Counted from the first letter of the stretch, positions 17,163 to 27,490 are shown. The stretch: DNA of 64,000 nucleotides from Terriglobales bacterium (GCA_035457425.1 DATIBR010000030.1:15991-79990), one strand, 5' to 3'. Translations and numbers: made by a program. The notes: generated by a model from the letters alone, not told the origin.

Positions 17163-17465
17163 ATGAAGACGAGAAGGAAGGCGGCCGGGGTCGACCCGGC
17201 TATCAAGACGGCGAACTTGAAGCGGCTGCGCCGGATCGAAGGCCAGGTGCGCGGCCTCCAGAAGATGGTGGAGGAAGACCGCTACTGCGCCGACATCCTG
17301 GTGCAGCTCTCGAGCGTGCAGGAGGCCTTGCGCGCGGTGGGGCGCGAACTGATGCGCAACCACCTGCGGCACTGCGCCCACCAGGCGCTGGCGCGGGGCG
17401 ACTCGGCGCAGGCGAACGCGATGCACGATGAGCTGCTCGACCTCATGTACAAGCACATCCGGTAA
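17163..17465 (+). CDS. csoR: Copper-sensing transcriptional repressor, CsoR/RcnR (DUF156) family
   Basis: LKRLRRIEGQVRGLQKM, with C-H-C ligand pattern (RYCADIL, HLRHC). Confidence 0.9.
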   Translation: MKTRRKAAGVDPAIKTANLKRLRRIEGQVRGLQKMVEEDRYCADILVQLSSVQEALRAVGRELMRNHLRHCAHQALARGDSAQANAMHDELLDLMYKHIR

Positions 17466-17474
17466 AGGGGACAG

Positions 17475-19976
17475 ATGACCAGCAAGCCTGTGATCGATCC
17501 GGTCTGCGGGATGAGCGTGATCCCCGAGCTCTCGCGCGGCTCGGTGGACTACCAGGGAACGACCTATCACTTCTGCAGCCCGCACTGCGTGAAGAAGTTC
17601 CAGGAGAACCCGGCGAAATATCTGAAGCCGCTGGGCGTGCCGCTGGTGACGCTCGGGGGGATGGCGCCGGCTACGAAGACGACGGAAGGCCACGGGGGAT
17701 GCTGCCCGCCACCGGTGGCAGCGCCCGCGCCCGCGACGCCGGCCGGGGCGAAGTACGTGTGCCCGATGGACCCGGAGGTCGAAAGCGACCGGCCGGGCGC
17801 GTGTCCTAAGTGCGGCATGGCGCTGGAACCGGCCATGCCCGTGATTGCCTCCACGAAGACCGAGTACACGTGCCCAATGCATCCGGAGATCGTGCGCGAC
17901 GCGCCCGGCACCTGCCCGATCTGCGGCATGGCGCTGGAGCCACGCACCGTCACTGCGGCGGTCGAAGAAGACCCCGAGCTCCGCAGCATGACCCGGCGGT
18001 TCTGGGTGTCGCTCGCTTTTGTCGCCCCGCTGCTCGCCATCATGGTCGCCGACGTTGTTCGCGGCATGTGGCTCCCACACCTGCTCGGCGTCCGGACGCT
18101 GGCCTGGGTCCAACTGGTTCTGGCGACGGTGCCCGTCCTCTGGGGTGGCTGGCCCTTCTTCGAGCGCGCGGCGGCCTCGCTGCGAACGCGCCACTTCAAC
18201 ATGTTCACGCTGATCGGGCTCGGCGTGGCGGTCGCTTTCGGTTACAGCGTGGTCGCGACACTCGCCCCCGGCATCTTTCCGCCGGCGCTGCGCGGCGAGA
18301 TGGGGCAGCCCGCGGTCTACTTCGAGGTCGCGGCGACGATCGTGGTCCTGGTCCTGCTGGGCCAGGTCCTGGAACTGCGCGCCCGTTCGCAGACGGGCAC
18401 GGCCATCCGGGCGCTGCTCGACCTCGCACCGAAGATGGCGACCCGCTTGCGCGCGGACGGCGGCGAGGAATCCATCCCGCTCGAGCACGTGCAGGTGGGA
18501 GACAAGCTGCGCGTGAAGCCGGGCGAGAAGATCCCGGTAGACGGCGCCGTCGTGGAAGGAGCGAGCGCCGTGGACGAATCGATGGTGACCGGTGAGCCGA
18601 TGCCGGTGGAGAAGGCCGCGGGCGCGCGCGTCATCGGAGCGACGGTGAACGGCACCGGCTCGCTCGTCATGCGCGCCGAGCGCGTCGGGTCCGAGACCCT
18701 GCTGGCGCAGATCGTGAAGATGGTGGCAGAGGCGCAGCGCAGCCGCGCGCCCATCCAGCGGCTGGCGGACAAGGTCTCCGGCTACTTCGTGCCGGCGGTC
18801 GTCGTGGCCGCGGCGCTCGCGTTCGTCGGATGGCTGGTGTGGGGCCCGGAGCCGCGGCTGGCACATGCCATCGTGAGCGCGGTGGCGGTGCTCATCATCG
18901 CGTGCCCGTGCGCGCTGGGCTTGGCAACGCCGATGGCCATCATGGTCGGCACGGGCCGCGGCGCGCGCGCCGGCGTGCTGATCCGCAACGCCGAGGCGCT
19001 GGAGACGATGGAGAAGGTGGACACGCTGGTCGTGGACAAGACCGGTACGTTGACGGAAGGGAAGCCGCGGCTGACCGAGGTGGTGGCCGCGGGCGTCAGC
19101 GAAGCCGATCTGCTGCGGCTGGCGGGGAGCGTGGAGCGGGTGAGCGAGCATCCGCTGGCGGCGGCGATCGCGCGCGGCGCCGAAGAGCGCGGCGCGAAGC
19201 TGTCGGCACCGGGGGATTTCCGTTCTTATACCGGCAAGGGCGTCAGTGGGCGGCTCGACGGCCGCGAGATCGCAGTCGGCAACCGAGCACTGATGGATGA
19301 CCTGCGCGTGGAGGTCGGTGCCGTCGAGCAGCGCGCCGAGGAGTTGCGCCGCCAGGGCGCCACCGTGATGTTTGCGGCGGTCGAGGGTCGCTTCGCGGGA
19401 TTGCTTGCGGTGGCGGACCCGGTGAAGGAGTCCACGCCCGAAGCGTTGCGCATGCTGCGCGACCACGACGTGAAGGTCGTGATGCTCACCGGCGACAGCA
19501 AGACAACAGCGGCCGCCATCGCGAACAAGCTTGGCATCGAGGAGTTCCACGCCGAGGTCCTGCCGCAGCAGAAGCTGGAGATCGTGAAGCAGCTGCAGGC
19601 GCACGGGCAGCGGGTGGCGATGGCGGGTGACGGGATCAACGACGCACCGGCGCTCGCTCAGGCCGACGTGGGGATCGCGATGGGCACCGGCACCGATGTC
19701 GCGATGGAGTCGGGCGGCGTGACGCTGGTAAAGGGAGACCTGCGGGGGATCGCGCGGGCGCGCGCGCTCAGCCGCGCGACCATGCGCAACATCCGGCAGA
19801 ACCTCTTCTTCGCCTTCGTCTACAACGCGCTCGGCGTGCCGTTGGCGGCGGGCGTGCTGTATCCGCTGTTCGGGACCGCGGCGCTGCTCAATCCGATGAT
19901 CGCGGCGGCGGCGATGAGCTTCAGCTCGGTCAGCGTCATCGGGAATTCGCTGCGCTTGCGGCGGGCGCGGCTTTAG
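17475..19976 (+). CDS. copA: Copper-translocating P1B-type ATPase with TRASH/YHS plus two CPxC-type N-terminal metal-binding modules
   Basis: Motifs CPC ([13 protein letters not shown]), [21 protein letters not shown]-terminus has CGMSV...[17 protein letters not shown]...CPKCGMAL and YTCPMHPEI...CPICGMAL. Confidence 0.95.
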   Translation: MTSKPVIDPVCGMSVIPELSRGSVDYQGTTYHFCSPHCVKKFQENPAKYLKPLGVPLVTLGGMAPATKTTEGHGGCCPPPVAAPAPATPAGAKYVCPMDPEVESDRPGACPKCGMALEPAMPVIASTKTEYTCPMHPEIVRDAPGTCPICGMALEPRTVTAAVEEDPELRSMTRRFWVSLAFVAPLLAIMVADVVRGMWLPHLLGVRTLAWVQLVLATVPVLWGGWPFFERAAASLRTRHFNMFTLIGLGVAVAFGYSVVATLAPGIFPPALRGEMGQPAVYFEVAATIVVLVLLGQVLELRARSQTGTAIRALLDLAPKMATRLRADGGEESIPLEHVQVGDKLRVKPGEKIPVDGAVVEGASAVDESMVTGEPMPVEKAAGARVIGATVNGTGSLVMRAERVGSETLLAQIVKMVAEAQRSRAPIQRLADKVSGYFVPAVVVAAALAFVGWLVWGPEPRLAHAIVSAVAVLIIACPCALGLATPMAIMVGTGRGARAGVLIRNAEALETMEKVDTLVVDKTGTLTEGKPRLTEVVAAGVSEADLLRLAGSVERVSEHPLAAAIARGAEERGAKLSAPGDFRSYTGKGVSGRLDGREIAVGNRALMDDLRVEVGAVEQRAEELRRQGATVMFAAVEGRFAGLLAVADPVKESTPEALRMLRDHDVKVVMLTGDSKTTAAAIANKLGIEEFHAEVLPQQKLEIVKQLQAHGQRVAMAGDGINDAPALAQADVGIAMGTGTDVAMESGGVTLVKGDLRGIARARALSRATMRNIRQNLFFAFVYNALGVPLAAGVLYPLFGTAALLNPMIAAAAMSFSSVSVIGNSLRLRRARL

Positions 19977-20469
19977 TCCCCGCGACGCTCAGCAGGTAGT
20001 TCGTCATGTCGGGGCTGGTCCAGTTGATGGGCCCGACCAGCTTGCGCTGCACCACGCCCTGGCGGTCGATGATGAAGGTCTCGGGGTAGCCGGTGGTGCC
20101 GTAGAGCTTGGCGCCGACCTGTTCCGGGTCGCGGACGGTGAGCAGCTCCTTGGCGTTGTAGTCGTTCAGAAACTTCTTGTAGATGGCTTCGTCGACGTCG
20201 ACCGAGACGGCGAAGACCACGATGTCGCTGGCGCGCAGGTTCTGCTGCATGCGAACGAGCGACGGCATCTCTTCGACGCAGGGCGGGCACCACGTCGCCC
20301 AGAAGTTCAGGACGACGACCTTGCCCTTCAGGTCGCTGAGCGCGACGCGCCGGTCGGAGTCCTGCACGGTGAAGTCGGGTGCGGGTTTGGCGACAAAGCG
20401 CGGCTGCGCGCCGCGGTCGCAGGCGGTCAGCACGGCAAAGAGGGCAAGCGAGCAGGCCAGGCGTTTCAC
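19936..20469 (-). CDS. TlpA/ResA-like periplasmic thiol:disulfide oxidoreductase (thioredoxin fold)
   Basis: [19 protein letters not shown] active site. GTG start gives lipoprotein-like [17 protein letters not shown]. The 3' end overlaps copA by 41 nt (convergent). Confidence 0.8.
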   Translation of the reverse strand: MKRLACSLALFAVLTACDRGAQPRFVAKPAPDFTVQDSDRRVALSDLKGKVVVLNFWATWCPPCVEEMPSLVRMQQNLRASDIVVFAVSVDVDEAIYKKFLNDYNAKELLTVRDPEQVGAKLYGTTGYPETFIIDRQGVVQRKLVGPINWTSPDMTNYLLSVAGTKAAPAASAANSR

Positions 20470-20493
20470 GCCGCTATAATAAATGTTTCCCTC

Positions 20494-21552
20494 ATGAGCG
20501 CTACAGCCAATGGCGGGACGGGCCCGCAGTCGCGGCCGGAGGTGTCGGTGATCGTGCCCGCGCGCAATGAAGAGGCGTGCTTGGGCGCGTGCCTGGAGTC
20601 GCTGGTCGGGCAGACGGGCGTGACCAAAGAGCTCATCGTGGTCGACGACGGTTCGACCGACCGCACGCGGGAGATCGCACGGAACTTCGCGGGCGTGTGC
20701 GTGATGGACGCCGGCGAGCGCAAGGACGGCTGGGGCGGGAAGTCGAACGCGGTGTGGAGCGGCGCGCAGCAGGCCGGGGGTCGCTGGCTCCTGTTCACCG
20801 ATGCCGACACGGTACACGCTCCGGGCTCGCTGGCCAGCGCGCTCCGGGAGGCGGAGGAGCACCGGGCCGCGCTGCTCTCCTACTCGCCCGCGCAAGACGT
20901 GCACGGATTCTGGGAGCGGGCCGTGATGCCGGTGGTGTTTGCGGAATTGGCGAACACATACCGTCCGGCGGACGTTTGCGATCCGGCCAGCGCGTGCGCG
21001 GCCGCTAATGGGCAGTACCTGCTGATCGAGCGCGCGGCGTACTTCGCCATCGGCGGGCATGCGGCGGTCGCGAAGAGCCTGCTGGAGGACGTCGAGCTGG
21101 CGCGGCTGGTGAAGCAGGGCGGCCGGCGCATCCGCTTCCGCATGGCGGCCGAGGCGGTGCGCACGCGGATGTACCGCAGCTTCGCGCAGCTGTGCGAGGG
21201 CTGGACGAAGAACCTGGCGCTGCTCTTTCCGTCCACCGTCATGCTTGCGCTGCTCCGCCTGGCGGAGTTCCTGTTAATCGTTGCGACAGCGGCGGTCGCC
21301 GCGTTCGAGCTGGTTCGCGGACACGTGGCCGCGGCTGCGTTGCTGGCAGTGGTCGCGGCGCTGTTCTATTCGCTGTTCCTGGCGCGCATCCGCAAGGCGC
21401 ACTTCGGTGCGCTGTCTGACCTGTTCGCGTTGTTCGGGCTGCCCATCTTTGTGACACTTTTGCTGCGCTCGCACATCCATTACAAGGTGCGCAGGAGTGT
21501 GACCTGGAAGGGCCGGGAATACGAAGTGAAGCCGGCGGTGGAGCGAAGCTGA
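20494..21552 (+). CDS. Family 2 glycosyltransferase with C-terminal multi-helix membrane domain
   Basis: VSVIVPARNEE, VVDDGSTDRT, FTDADT (DxD) motifs, then about 4 hydrophobic helices. The stop overlaps the next ATG (TGATG). Confidence 0.85.
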   Translation: MSATANGGTGPQSRPEVSVIVPARNEEACLGACLESLVGQTGVTKELIVVDDGSTDRTREIARNFAGVCVMDAGERKDGWGGKSNAVWSGAQQAGGRWLLFTDADTVHAPGSLASALREAEEHRAALLSYSPAQDVHGFWERAVMPVVFAELANTYRPADVCDPASACAAANGQYLLIERAAYFAIGGHAAVAKSLLEDVELARLVKQGGRRIRFRMAAEAVRTRMYRSFAQLCEGWTKNLALLFPSTVMLALLRLAEFLLIVATAAVAAFELVRGHVAAAALLAVVAALFYSLFLARIRKAHFGALSDLFALFGLPIFVTLLLRSHIHYKVRRSVTWKGREYEVKPAVERS

Positions 21553-21962
21553 TGGTCTATCTCACGCGCAAGGCCGAGTTCTCGGCGTCGCACTTCTACC
21601 ATTCGGATAAGCTCTCGCCGGAGGAGAACCGGCGCCTCTTCGGCAAGTGCAACAACCCGAACGGCCATGGGCACAATTACACGCTCGAGGTCACGGTGAA
21701 GGGCGACGTCGACCCCAGGTCGGGATTCGTGGTCGACCTGAAGGACCTGAAGGAGACGATGAACCGCGAGGTCATCGACGCGCTCGACCACCGGCATCTG
21801 AACAAGGAAGTCCCGGAGTTCAAGAACGCGATCCCGACCACCGAGAACCTGGCCATCGCCATCTGGCAGCGGCTGGAAGGGAAGCTGCGCGTGGCGCGTC
21901 TGCACCGCGTGCGCGTCTATGAGACCCCGGATCTGTTCGTGGATTTCTACGGAGAAGCATGA
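21552..21962 (+). CDS. 6-pyruvoyl-tetrahydropterin synthase, mammalian-type (PTPS-II, Cx5HGH), paralog 1
   Basis: FSASHFY, GKCNNPNGHGHNY (C-x5-HGH), LDHRHLN. Confidence 0.85.
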   Translation: MVYLTRKAEFSASHFYHSDKLSPEENRRLFGKCNNPNGHGHNYTLEVTVKGDVDPRSGFVVDLKDLKETMNREVIDALDHRHLNKEVPEFKNAIPTTENLAIAIWQRLEGKLRVARLHRVRVYETPDLFVDFYGEA

Positions 21963-22381
21963 AAGCGCACCTGACGCGGCGGTACTGGTTCTCGGCGTCG
22001 CACCGGCTGCACTCGGACGCGATGACCGACGACGAGAACCGGAAGACGTACGGCAAGTGCAACAACCCGTACGGCCACGGGCACAACTACGCGCTCGAGG
22101 TCACGGTGAGCGGCGCGGTGGACGCGACCACGGGGATGGTCTGCAACCTGGTGGACCTCGATGAGTTCGTCCGGCAGCAGGTGCTGGAGAGGTTCGAGCA
22201 CGTGAATCTGAACACGCTGGCGGAGTTCCGCGGCGTGGTGCCCACGACCGAGAACCTGTGCACCACGATCTATGACGTCCTGGACAAGGGATTCAAGCCG
22301 GCACGAGTGGAGAAGGTCCGGTTGGAAGAGACCATGCTCAACTCGTTCGAGTACGCCGGCGGAAGGGAAGTGAGGGTCTGA
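21959..22381 (+). CDS. 6-pyruvoyl-tetrahydropterin synthase family protein, paralog 2 (Cx5HGH)
   Basis: [27 protein letters not shown] (Asp replaced by Glu). ATGA overlap with paralog 1. Confidence 0.85.
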   Translation: MKAHLTRRYWFSASHRLHSDAMTDDENRKTYGKCNNPYGHGHNYALEVTVSGAVDATTGMVCNLVDLDEFVRQQVLERFEHVNLNTLAEFRGVVPTTENLCTTIYDVLDKGFKPARVEKVRLEETMLNSFEYAGGREVRV

Positions 22382-22983
22382 TGCCGAGAACGACGGAACC
22401 CGCAACGCTCACCAGCGCGAGCTTCGAGGAACTGACACGCGAGATGCTCGTGCGGTTGGGCGAGGATCCGAACCGCGAGGGCCTGGTACGCACGCCCGAG
22501 CGCTTCGCCAAGGCGCTGCAGTACTTGACCAAGGGGTACAACGAGGACCCGAAGACGATCCTGAACGACGCGCTCTTCACGGTGAACTACGACGAGATGG
22601 TCATCGTGAAGGACGTGGAGATGTTCTCGCTGTGCGAGCACCACGTGCTGCCGTTCTACGGCAAGGTACACGTGGCCTACGTGCCGAACGGCAAGGTGAT
22701 CGGGCTGAGCAAGATCCCGCGCCTGATCGACGTCTTCGCGCGCCGACTGCAGGTGCAGGAGCGCCTGACCACGCAGATCGCCGAGACCATCATGGACGCC
22801 ATCCAGCCGCAGGGCGTGGGCGTGGTGATCGAGGCGCGCCACCTGTGCATGATGATGCGCGGCGTGGAGAAGCAACATTCCGCCGCGCTGACGTCGTCGA
22901 TGCAGGGCCTGTTCCGCGACTGCGCGGAGACGCGCGCCGAGTTCCTCTCACTCATCCGCGGGAAGAACGGGAACGGGAGCTAG
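22381..22983 (+). CDS. folE: GTP cyclohydrolase I
   Basis: [56 protein letters not shown] overlap with the upstream gene. Confidence 0.95.
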   Translation: MPRTTEPATLTSASFEELTREMLVRLGEDPNREGLVRTPERFAKALQYLTKGYNEDPKTILNDALFTVNYDEMVIVKDVEMFSLCEHHVLPFYGKVHVAYVPNGKVIGLSKIPRLIDVFARRLQVQERLTTQIAETIMDAIQPQGVGVVIEARHLCMMMRGVEKQHSAALTSSMQGLFRDCAETRAEFLSLIRGKNGNGS

Positions 22984-23772
22984 ATGGCGAAGAAGAAAGC
23001 GCTGATGCCGGAGCCGACGCCCGCGAAAAAGCGCGGCACGAAATTCGTGCTCTCCGGTAAACCGGGGCTCGAGGGGCAGATCGCGCTGGTCACGGGCGGC
23101 AACAAGGGCATCGGCCTCGCCATCGCCGAGGCGCTGGCCGCCGAAGGCTGCAAGGTCGTGATCGCTGGGCGCGACCGCGCCGCGCTGCGGCATGCGACTA
23201 CCGTGCTCTCGAAGTACGGCCATGCGGTCGTGCCGGTGGAGGCGGACGTCACGCAGGAGATCTCCGTCGTAAGGATGTTCGAAGAGGTGCGCCGCAGGTT
23301 CGGACGGCTCGACATCCTCATCAACAACGCCGGGATCGCACCCGGCGCCAGCATCGCCGATACCCATCTCGATGTCTGGCGCAAGACGCTCGACACCAAC
23401 CTCACCGGAACGTTCCTCTGCACGCGTGCCGCGCTGCCGCTGATGAAGGCGGGCGGCACGATCGTCAACAACCTTTCCGTGGCCGCGGAGAACGCCTATC
23501 CCAGCCTCGCGGCCTATTGCGCTTCGAAGCACGGAGCGCTCGGCTTCACGCGCGCGCTGCGGATGGAGACCAAGCCCATGGGCATCCGGGTGATCGCGCT
23601 GCTGCCCGGCCCGACGGAGACTGACATCTGGGACCAGTTCTACCCGGACGCGCCGCGCGGGAAGATGATGGCGCCGGAGAGCGTCGCGTCGGCTTTGATC
23701 GCGGCGATACGGCTTCCTGCCAACAGCACGGTGGAAGAGGTCCGGATCGTGCCGACCGTGGACCTGACGTGA
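22984..23772 (+). CDS. Short-chain dehydrogenase/reductase (candidate sepiapterin/pteridine reductase)
   Basis: VTGGNKGIG, NNAG, YCASK (YxxxK). Starts immediately after the folE stop. Lys-rich N-terminal extension of about 30 aa. Confidence 0.85.
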   Translation: MAKKKALMPEPTPAKKRGTKFVLSGKPGLEGQIALVTGGNKGIGLAIAEALAAEGCKVVIAGRDRAALRHATTVLSKYGHAVVPVEADVTQEISVVRMFEEVRRRFGRLDILINNAGIAPGASIADTHLDVWRKTLDTNLTGTFLCTRAALPLMKAGGTIVNNLSVAAENAYPSLAAYCASKHGALGFTRALRMETKPMGIRVIALLPGPTETDIWDQFYPDAPRGKMMAPESVASALIAAIRLPANSTVEEVRIVPTVDLT

Positions 23773-24477
23773 TCACTCCCAATTCGCGTAGGTGTAGCGG
23801 CGAGCGCGCTGCGGAAAGAGCTTGATCAGTGCGACGCCCGCGAGAAACCCGCCGACGTGCGCCCAGAAGGCGATGCCGCCCGAGGTCTGGCTCGACGGCG
23901 TGATCGCGGTCGCGGCGCCGCTCAGGAACTGCACGACGAACCAGTAGCCCAACACCAGCCACGCCGGCAGCCAGAAGAAGAACACAAGAGGGAAGTACGT
24001 GAGGACGCGGGAAGAAGGGAAGAGCAGGAAATACGCGCCCATCACGCCCGCGATGGCGCCCGAGGCGCCGACGCTCGGGACGTCGGACCGCGTGTTGAAC
24101 GCGATGTGCGCCAGCGAAGCCGCGACGCCGCAGGCGAGGTAGAGGACCAGATAGCGGAAGTGTCCGAGGTGGTCCTCGATGTTGTCGCCGAAGATCCAGA
24201 GAGCCCACATGTTTGCGATGAGGTGGAGCCAGGAGGCGTGCAGGAACATCGAGGTCACGATGGGCAGCAGGTTGAGCAGGCCGGCGCCGGTCGCGTCGGC
24301 GCCGCGCGCCAGCGCGGTGACGTGCGAAGGCACGACGCCGAACTGGAAGACGAACTCGAAGCGTGGCCGCGGCGAGAGCGAGACTTCGAAAAGAAAGACG
24401 ATGATGTTGAGCGCCAGCAGGAAGTACGTGACGTAGGGAACGGTGGAGCGCGGCGCGTCGTCGCGAAGCGGGATCAT
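23773..24477 (-). CDS. Rhomboid family intramembrane serine protease
   Basis: Motifs HASWLHLIANM and GASGAIAGVMGAY (GxSG), with 6-7 helices. Internal start MIPLRDD chosen. Confidence 0.9.
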   Translation of the reverse strand: MIPLRDDAPRSTVPYVTYFLLALNIIVFLFEVSLSPRPRFEFVFQFGVVPSHVTALARGADATGAGLLNLLPIVTSMFLHASWLHLIANMWALWIFGDNIEDHLGHFRYLVLYLACGVAASLAHIAFNTRSDVPSVGASGAIAGVMGAYFLLFPSSRVLTYFPLVFFFWLPAWLVLGYWFVVQFLSGAATAITPSSQTSGGIAFWAHVGGFLAGVALIKLFPQRARRYTYANWE

Positions 24478-24546
24478 CGCTGATGAGGAAGTGCCCGGCG
24501 CGCGGAAGAAGTTGACCGCAACGCCGGCACCATTGACGATAGCAGA

Positions 24547-25425
24547 GTGAACGGCGTCCTGATAATCGACAAGCCTGCGGGCATGACCTCGCACGACGTG
24601 GTGTACCGCGTGCGCAAGCTCACGGGCGAACGGTCCGTCGGACACCTCGGGACGCTGGACCCGATGGCGACCGGCGTGCTGCCGCTGGTGCTGGGAAAGA
24701 TGACGCGCCTGGCGCAGTTCTACCTGAAGAGCGACAAGCGCTACGAAGGCGTCATCCGGCTCGGCCAGGCGACCGACACCTACGACGCCGAAGGCGAACC
24801 GGTAGGCGAGCCGCAGCCAGTGAACGTCACCGTGGATCGGCTGCGGGAGCTGGCCAAGCGGTTCACCGGCAAGATCCAGCAGACGCCGCCGCCGTTCTCA
24901 GCCAAGAAGGTCGCCGGCGTGCCTGCATACAAGCTGGCGCGCAAGAAGAAGGATGTGGAACTGGCGGCGGTCGAGGTAGACGTGAAGGAACTGGAGATCG
25001 TCTCGCAGACCGGCAAGGACGTGACGTTCCGGTCGCTGGTGAGCGGCGGGACGTATCTGCGGTGCATCGCGCACGACTTGGGGCAGCTGCTCGGCGTCGG
25101 CGCGCACCTGGCCGGGCTCCGGCGGACCGCCGTGGCGGAGTTCACGCTGGAGGAGGCGCGGACGTTAGAGCAGTTGGAGGAGACCGCGCGAGCCGGGCGA
25201 GTCGAGGAGCTGCTGGTGCATCCGCGTCGGATCCTGCCGGCGATGCCGGCGGTCACGGCCGATCCGGAGAGCGCCGCCCGGATGCGGAACGGCATGGCGG
25301 TGAACCTGCCGGAGATGTCGAAGGCGGGGCTGGTGAAGGTCTTCGCAGGGCAGAGCGAGCTATTGGGAATCGCCTCGCGGGTAGCGGGGACGCTGTTCCA
25401 GCCCAAGATCGTGCTGGCAGGCTGA
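24547..25425 (+). CDS. truB: tRNA pseudouridine(55) synthase
   Basis: GVLIIDKPAGMTSHDVV, GHLGTLDPMATGVLPL, PPPFSAKKV. GTG start. Confidence 0.95.
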   Translation: MNGVLIIDKPAGMTSHDVVYRVRKLTGERSVGHLGTLDPMATGVLPLVLGKMTRLAQFYLKSDKRYEGVIRLGQATDTYDAEGEPVGEPQPVNVTVDRLRELAKRFTGKIQQTPPPFSAKKVAGVPAYKLARKKKDVELAAVEVDVKELEIVSQTGKDVTFRSLVSGGTYLRCIAHDLGQLLGVGAHLAGLRRTAVAEFTLEEARTLEQLEETARAGRVEELLVHPRRILPAMPAVTADPESAARMRNGMAVNLPEMSKAGLVKVFAGQSELLGIASRVAGTLFQPKIVLAG

Positions 25426-25548
25426 CGTTACTAGGACATCCGTAACGTCCGATAACAGATATTATGTTAACTAACGAATCCGCATAGGAACCATGCGGGC
25501 CTGGCGACTAGCTGGCTGCGCTCCTTCGGCGCGTCGGAGCGGCTTCCC

Positions 25549-26034
25549 TTACATCTTGTAGCGGCCCAGGTCCTCGTCGTTGAGGCCCTCGAGCCATTTG
25601 CGAAGCTCGTCGGAGGAGATGCGGTCGGAGGCGGCGCTTGCCTGCTTGGAGGTCTTCAGCACCTGCTCCTCGACGTAGATGGGGCAATCGAGGCGCAGGG
25701 CGAGCGCCAGGGCGTCCGAGGGCCGCGAGTCGATGGAGATGATGTGGCCGTCCCGCTCCAGCCAGATGACGGCGTAGAAGGTGTCCTCGCGCAAATCGCT
25801 GACCACGACCTTGTGGACGCGGGTGTCCAGGCCCATGAGGAGGTTCTTGATGAGGTCGTGGGTCATGGGCCGGGGCGTGGCGACCTTCTCGATCTCCAGG
25901 GCGATGGCGTTGGCCTCGTAGATGCCGACCCAGATGGGCAGGACGGCGTCGGAGCCGGGATCCTTGAGGATGACGATGGGCATGTTGGTCACGGGGTCCA
26001 TCATGAGACCGCGGATCTTCATCTCGACTTCCAT
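25549..26034 (-). CDS. Bifunctional nuclease family (DUF151) protein
   Basis: MPIVILKD...LPIWVGIYEANAI and RPMTHDL motifs. The start is ambiguous (candidates at 26034, 26022 or up to 26130). Confidence 0.75.
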   Translation of the reverse strand: MEVEMKIRGLMMDPVTNMPIVILKDPGSDAVLPIWVGIYEANAIALEIEKVATPRPMTHDLIKNLLMGLDTRVHKVVVSDLREDTFYAVIWLERDGHIISIDSRPSDALALALRLDCPIYVEEQVLKTSKQASAASDRISSDELRKWLEGLNDEDLGRYKM

Positions 26035-26130
26035 CGGCGTGGGCCTCCCCCGAAAAGCTTCCCTGCGGCACATCATACTCCGGATTCGCTGGAGCGATGC
26101 GGGCGAGGTCGCCGGCTTCTGCAACGTCAA

Positions 26131-26167
26131 AGTGAAAGGCCGCGGCCGAGGGCGGCCGCGGTACCCG
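26131..26167. repeat. REP-like GC-rich hairpin element, copy B (abuts the miaB stop codon)
   Basis: AGTGAAAGGCCGCGGCCGAGGGCGGCCGCGGTACCCG. On the minus strand it folds as CCGCGGCCG-CCCT-CGGCCGCGG followed by CCTTTCACTTT. About 35 of 38 nt match 5168-5205. Confidence 0.6.
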
Positions 26168-27490
26168 CTACACCATCACTCCGACCAAGCTGTTCGGGAA
26201 GCTCTGCGTGATGTGCACGTGCACGTAGCTTCCGGTCGCGGGGGCGATGGGCTGCGCGGTGGTGAAGTTGACGGTCTTGTTCTGGGAGCTGCGGCCGACG
26301 AGCTGGCCGCGCTGCGGGTTCGACCCTTCAACCATCACTTCAACCATGGAGCCGACGTGCCGGGCGTAGTTGGCGCGCTGGATCTCGCGCTGGCGGTCCA
26401 TCAGGAGCTGAAGGCGGAGCGACTTCTCCTCGTCGGAGATGGGGTCGGCGAGCGAGAGCGCCGGCGTATTGGGCCGCGGTGAGTACTTAAAGCTGAAGAC
26501 GCCGTCGTACTGGACCTCGTGCAAGAGGGTCATGGTCTGCTCGAAATCGGCGCGCGTCTCGCCGGGGAAGCCGACGATGACGTCGGTGGTGATGGAGAGC
26601 GGGCGCTTGGCCGCCTTCATCCAGGCGATGCGCTCGAGGTACTGCTCGCGGGTGTACTCGCGCAGCATGGCCTTCAGCACCGAGTCGGAACCGCTCTGCA
26701 CCGGCAGGTGGACGTGGTCGCAGAGAGACGGCACGGCGTCGATGGCCTGCACGATATCGGGGGTGAAGTCGCGGGGGTGCGAGGTGGTGAAGCGGACGCG
26801 GCGGATGCCGGGGACTTCCCCGACCGCGGCCAGCAATGCGGCGAACGACTTCTGGCCGAGCGGATCGCGATACGAGTTCACGTTCTGGCCGAGGAGCTGG
26901 ATGTCGGTGAAACCCTGATCGGCCATGCGGCGCGCTTCGGCGAGCACCGACTCGGAGGTGCGGCTGCGCTCCTGGCCGCGCGTGTAGGGCACGACGCAGT
27001 AAGCGCAGAACTTGTCGCAGCCTTCGATGATGGTGATGTAACCGCGATGGGCGTTGGAGCGCGCGGTGAACTCGGTCTCGAAGGTCTCGGTGGTCCGGCG
27101 GTCGTCGAGGCCGGTGACGCGATGGTTCCCTGCCTCGATCTGGACGAGCATCTCGGGCAGCTTGCGGTAGGAGGCGGAGCCGGCGACGAGCGAGACGTGC
27201 GGCGCGCGCTCGAAGATCTTCTCGCCTTCCTGCTGGGCGACGCAGCCGAGGACGCCGAAGCGCTTCCCTTCCGCGACCAGCTTCTTGTAGTCGGCGAGGC
27301 GATGGAAGACCTTCTGCTCGGCTTTGTCGCGGATGGAGCAGGTGTTGTAGAGGATGAGGTCCGCGTCGGCCTCGTGCTCGACCTGGCGATAACCCTGCGA
27401 CTGGAGCGTGCCGATGACTTTTTCGGAGTCATGGACGTTCATCTGGCAGCCGAAAGTCTCGAGGTAGAAGGTTTTTTCAGGCGACGACAT
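26168..27490 (-). CDS. miaB: tRNA-i6A37 methylthiotransferase
   Basis: FYLETFGCQMNVHDSE, radical-SAM CDKFCAYCVVP, C-terminal TRAM domain. Start at MSSPEK. Confidence 0.95.
   Translation of the reverse strand: MSSPEKTFYLETFGCQMNVHDSEKVIGTLQSQGYRQVEHEADADLILYNTCSIRDKAEQKVFHRLADYKKLVAEGKRFGVLGCVAQQEGEKIFERAPHVSLVAGSASYRKLPEMLVQIEAGNHRVTGLDDRRTTETFETEFTARSNAHRGYITIIEGCDKFCAYCVVPYTRGQERSRTSESVLAEARRMADQGFTDIQLLGQNVNSYRDPLGQKSFAALLAAVGEVPGIRRVRFTTSHPRDFTPDIVQAIDAVPSLCDHVHLPVQSGSDSVLKAMLREYTREQYLERIAWMKAAKRPLSITTDVIVGFPGETRADFEQTMTLLHEVQYDGVFSFKYSPRPNTPALSLADPISDEEKSLRLQLLMDRQREIQRANYARHVGSMVEVMVEGSNPQRGQLVGRSSQNKTVNFTTAQPIAPATGSYVHVHITQSFPNSLVGVMV

Noticed and set aside
17067-19604. 845-aa ORF on the minus strand.
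   Set aside because: It lies antisense to copA and its composition is dominated by Arg, His, Gly, Ala and Pro. This is a typical high-GC shadow ORF, whereas copA on the plus strand has all the P-type ATPase motifs.
21552-22381. Calling the two COG0720 genes queD (queuosine pathway).
   Set aside because: Both carry the C-x5-HGH motif of PTPS-II rather than the C-x3-HGH of QueD. They are coupled to folE and an SDR, not to queC or queE.
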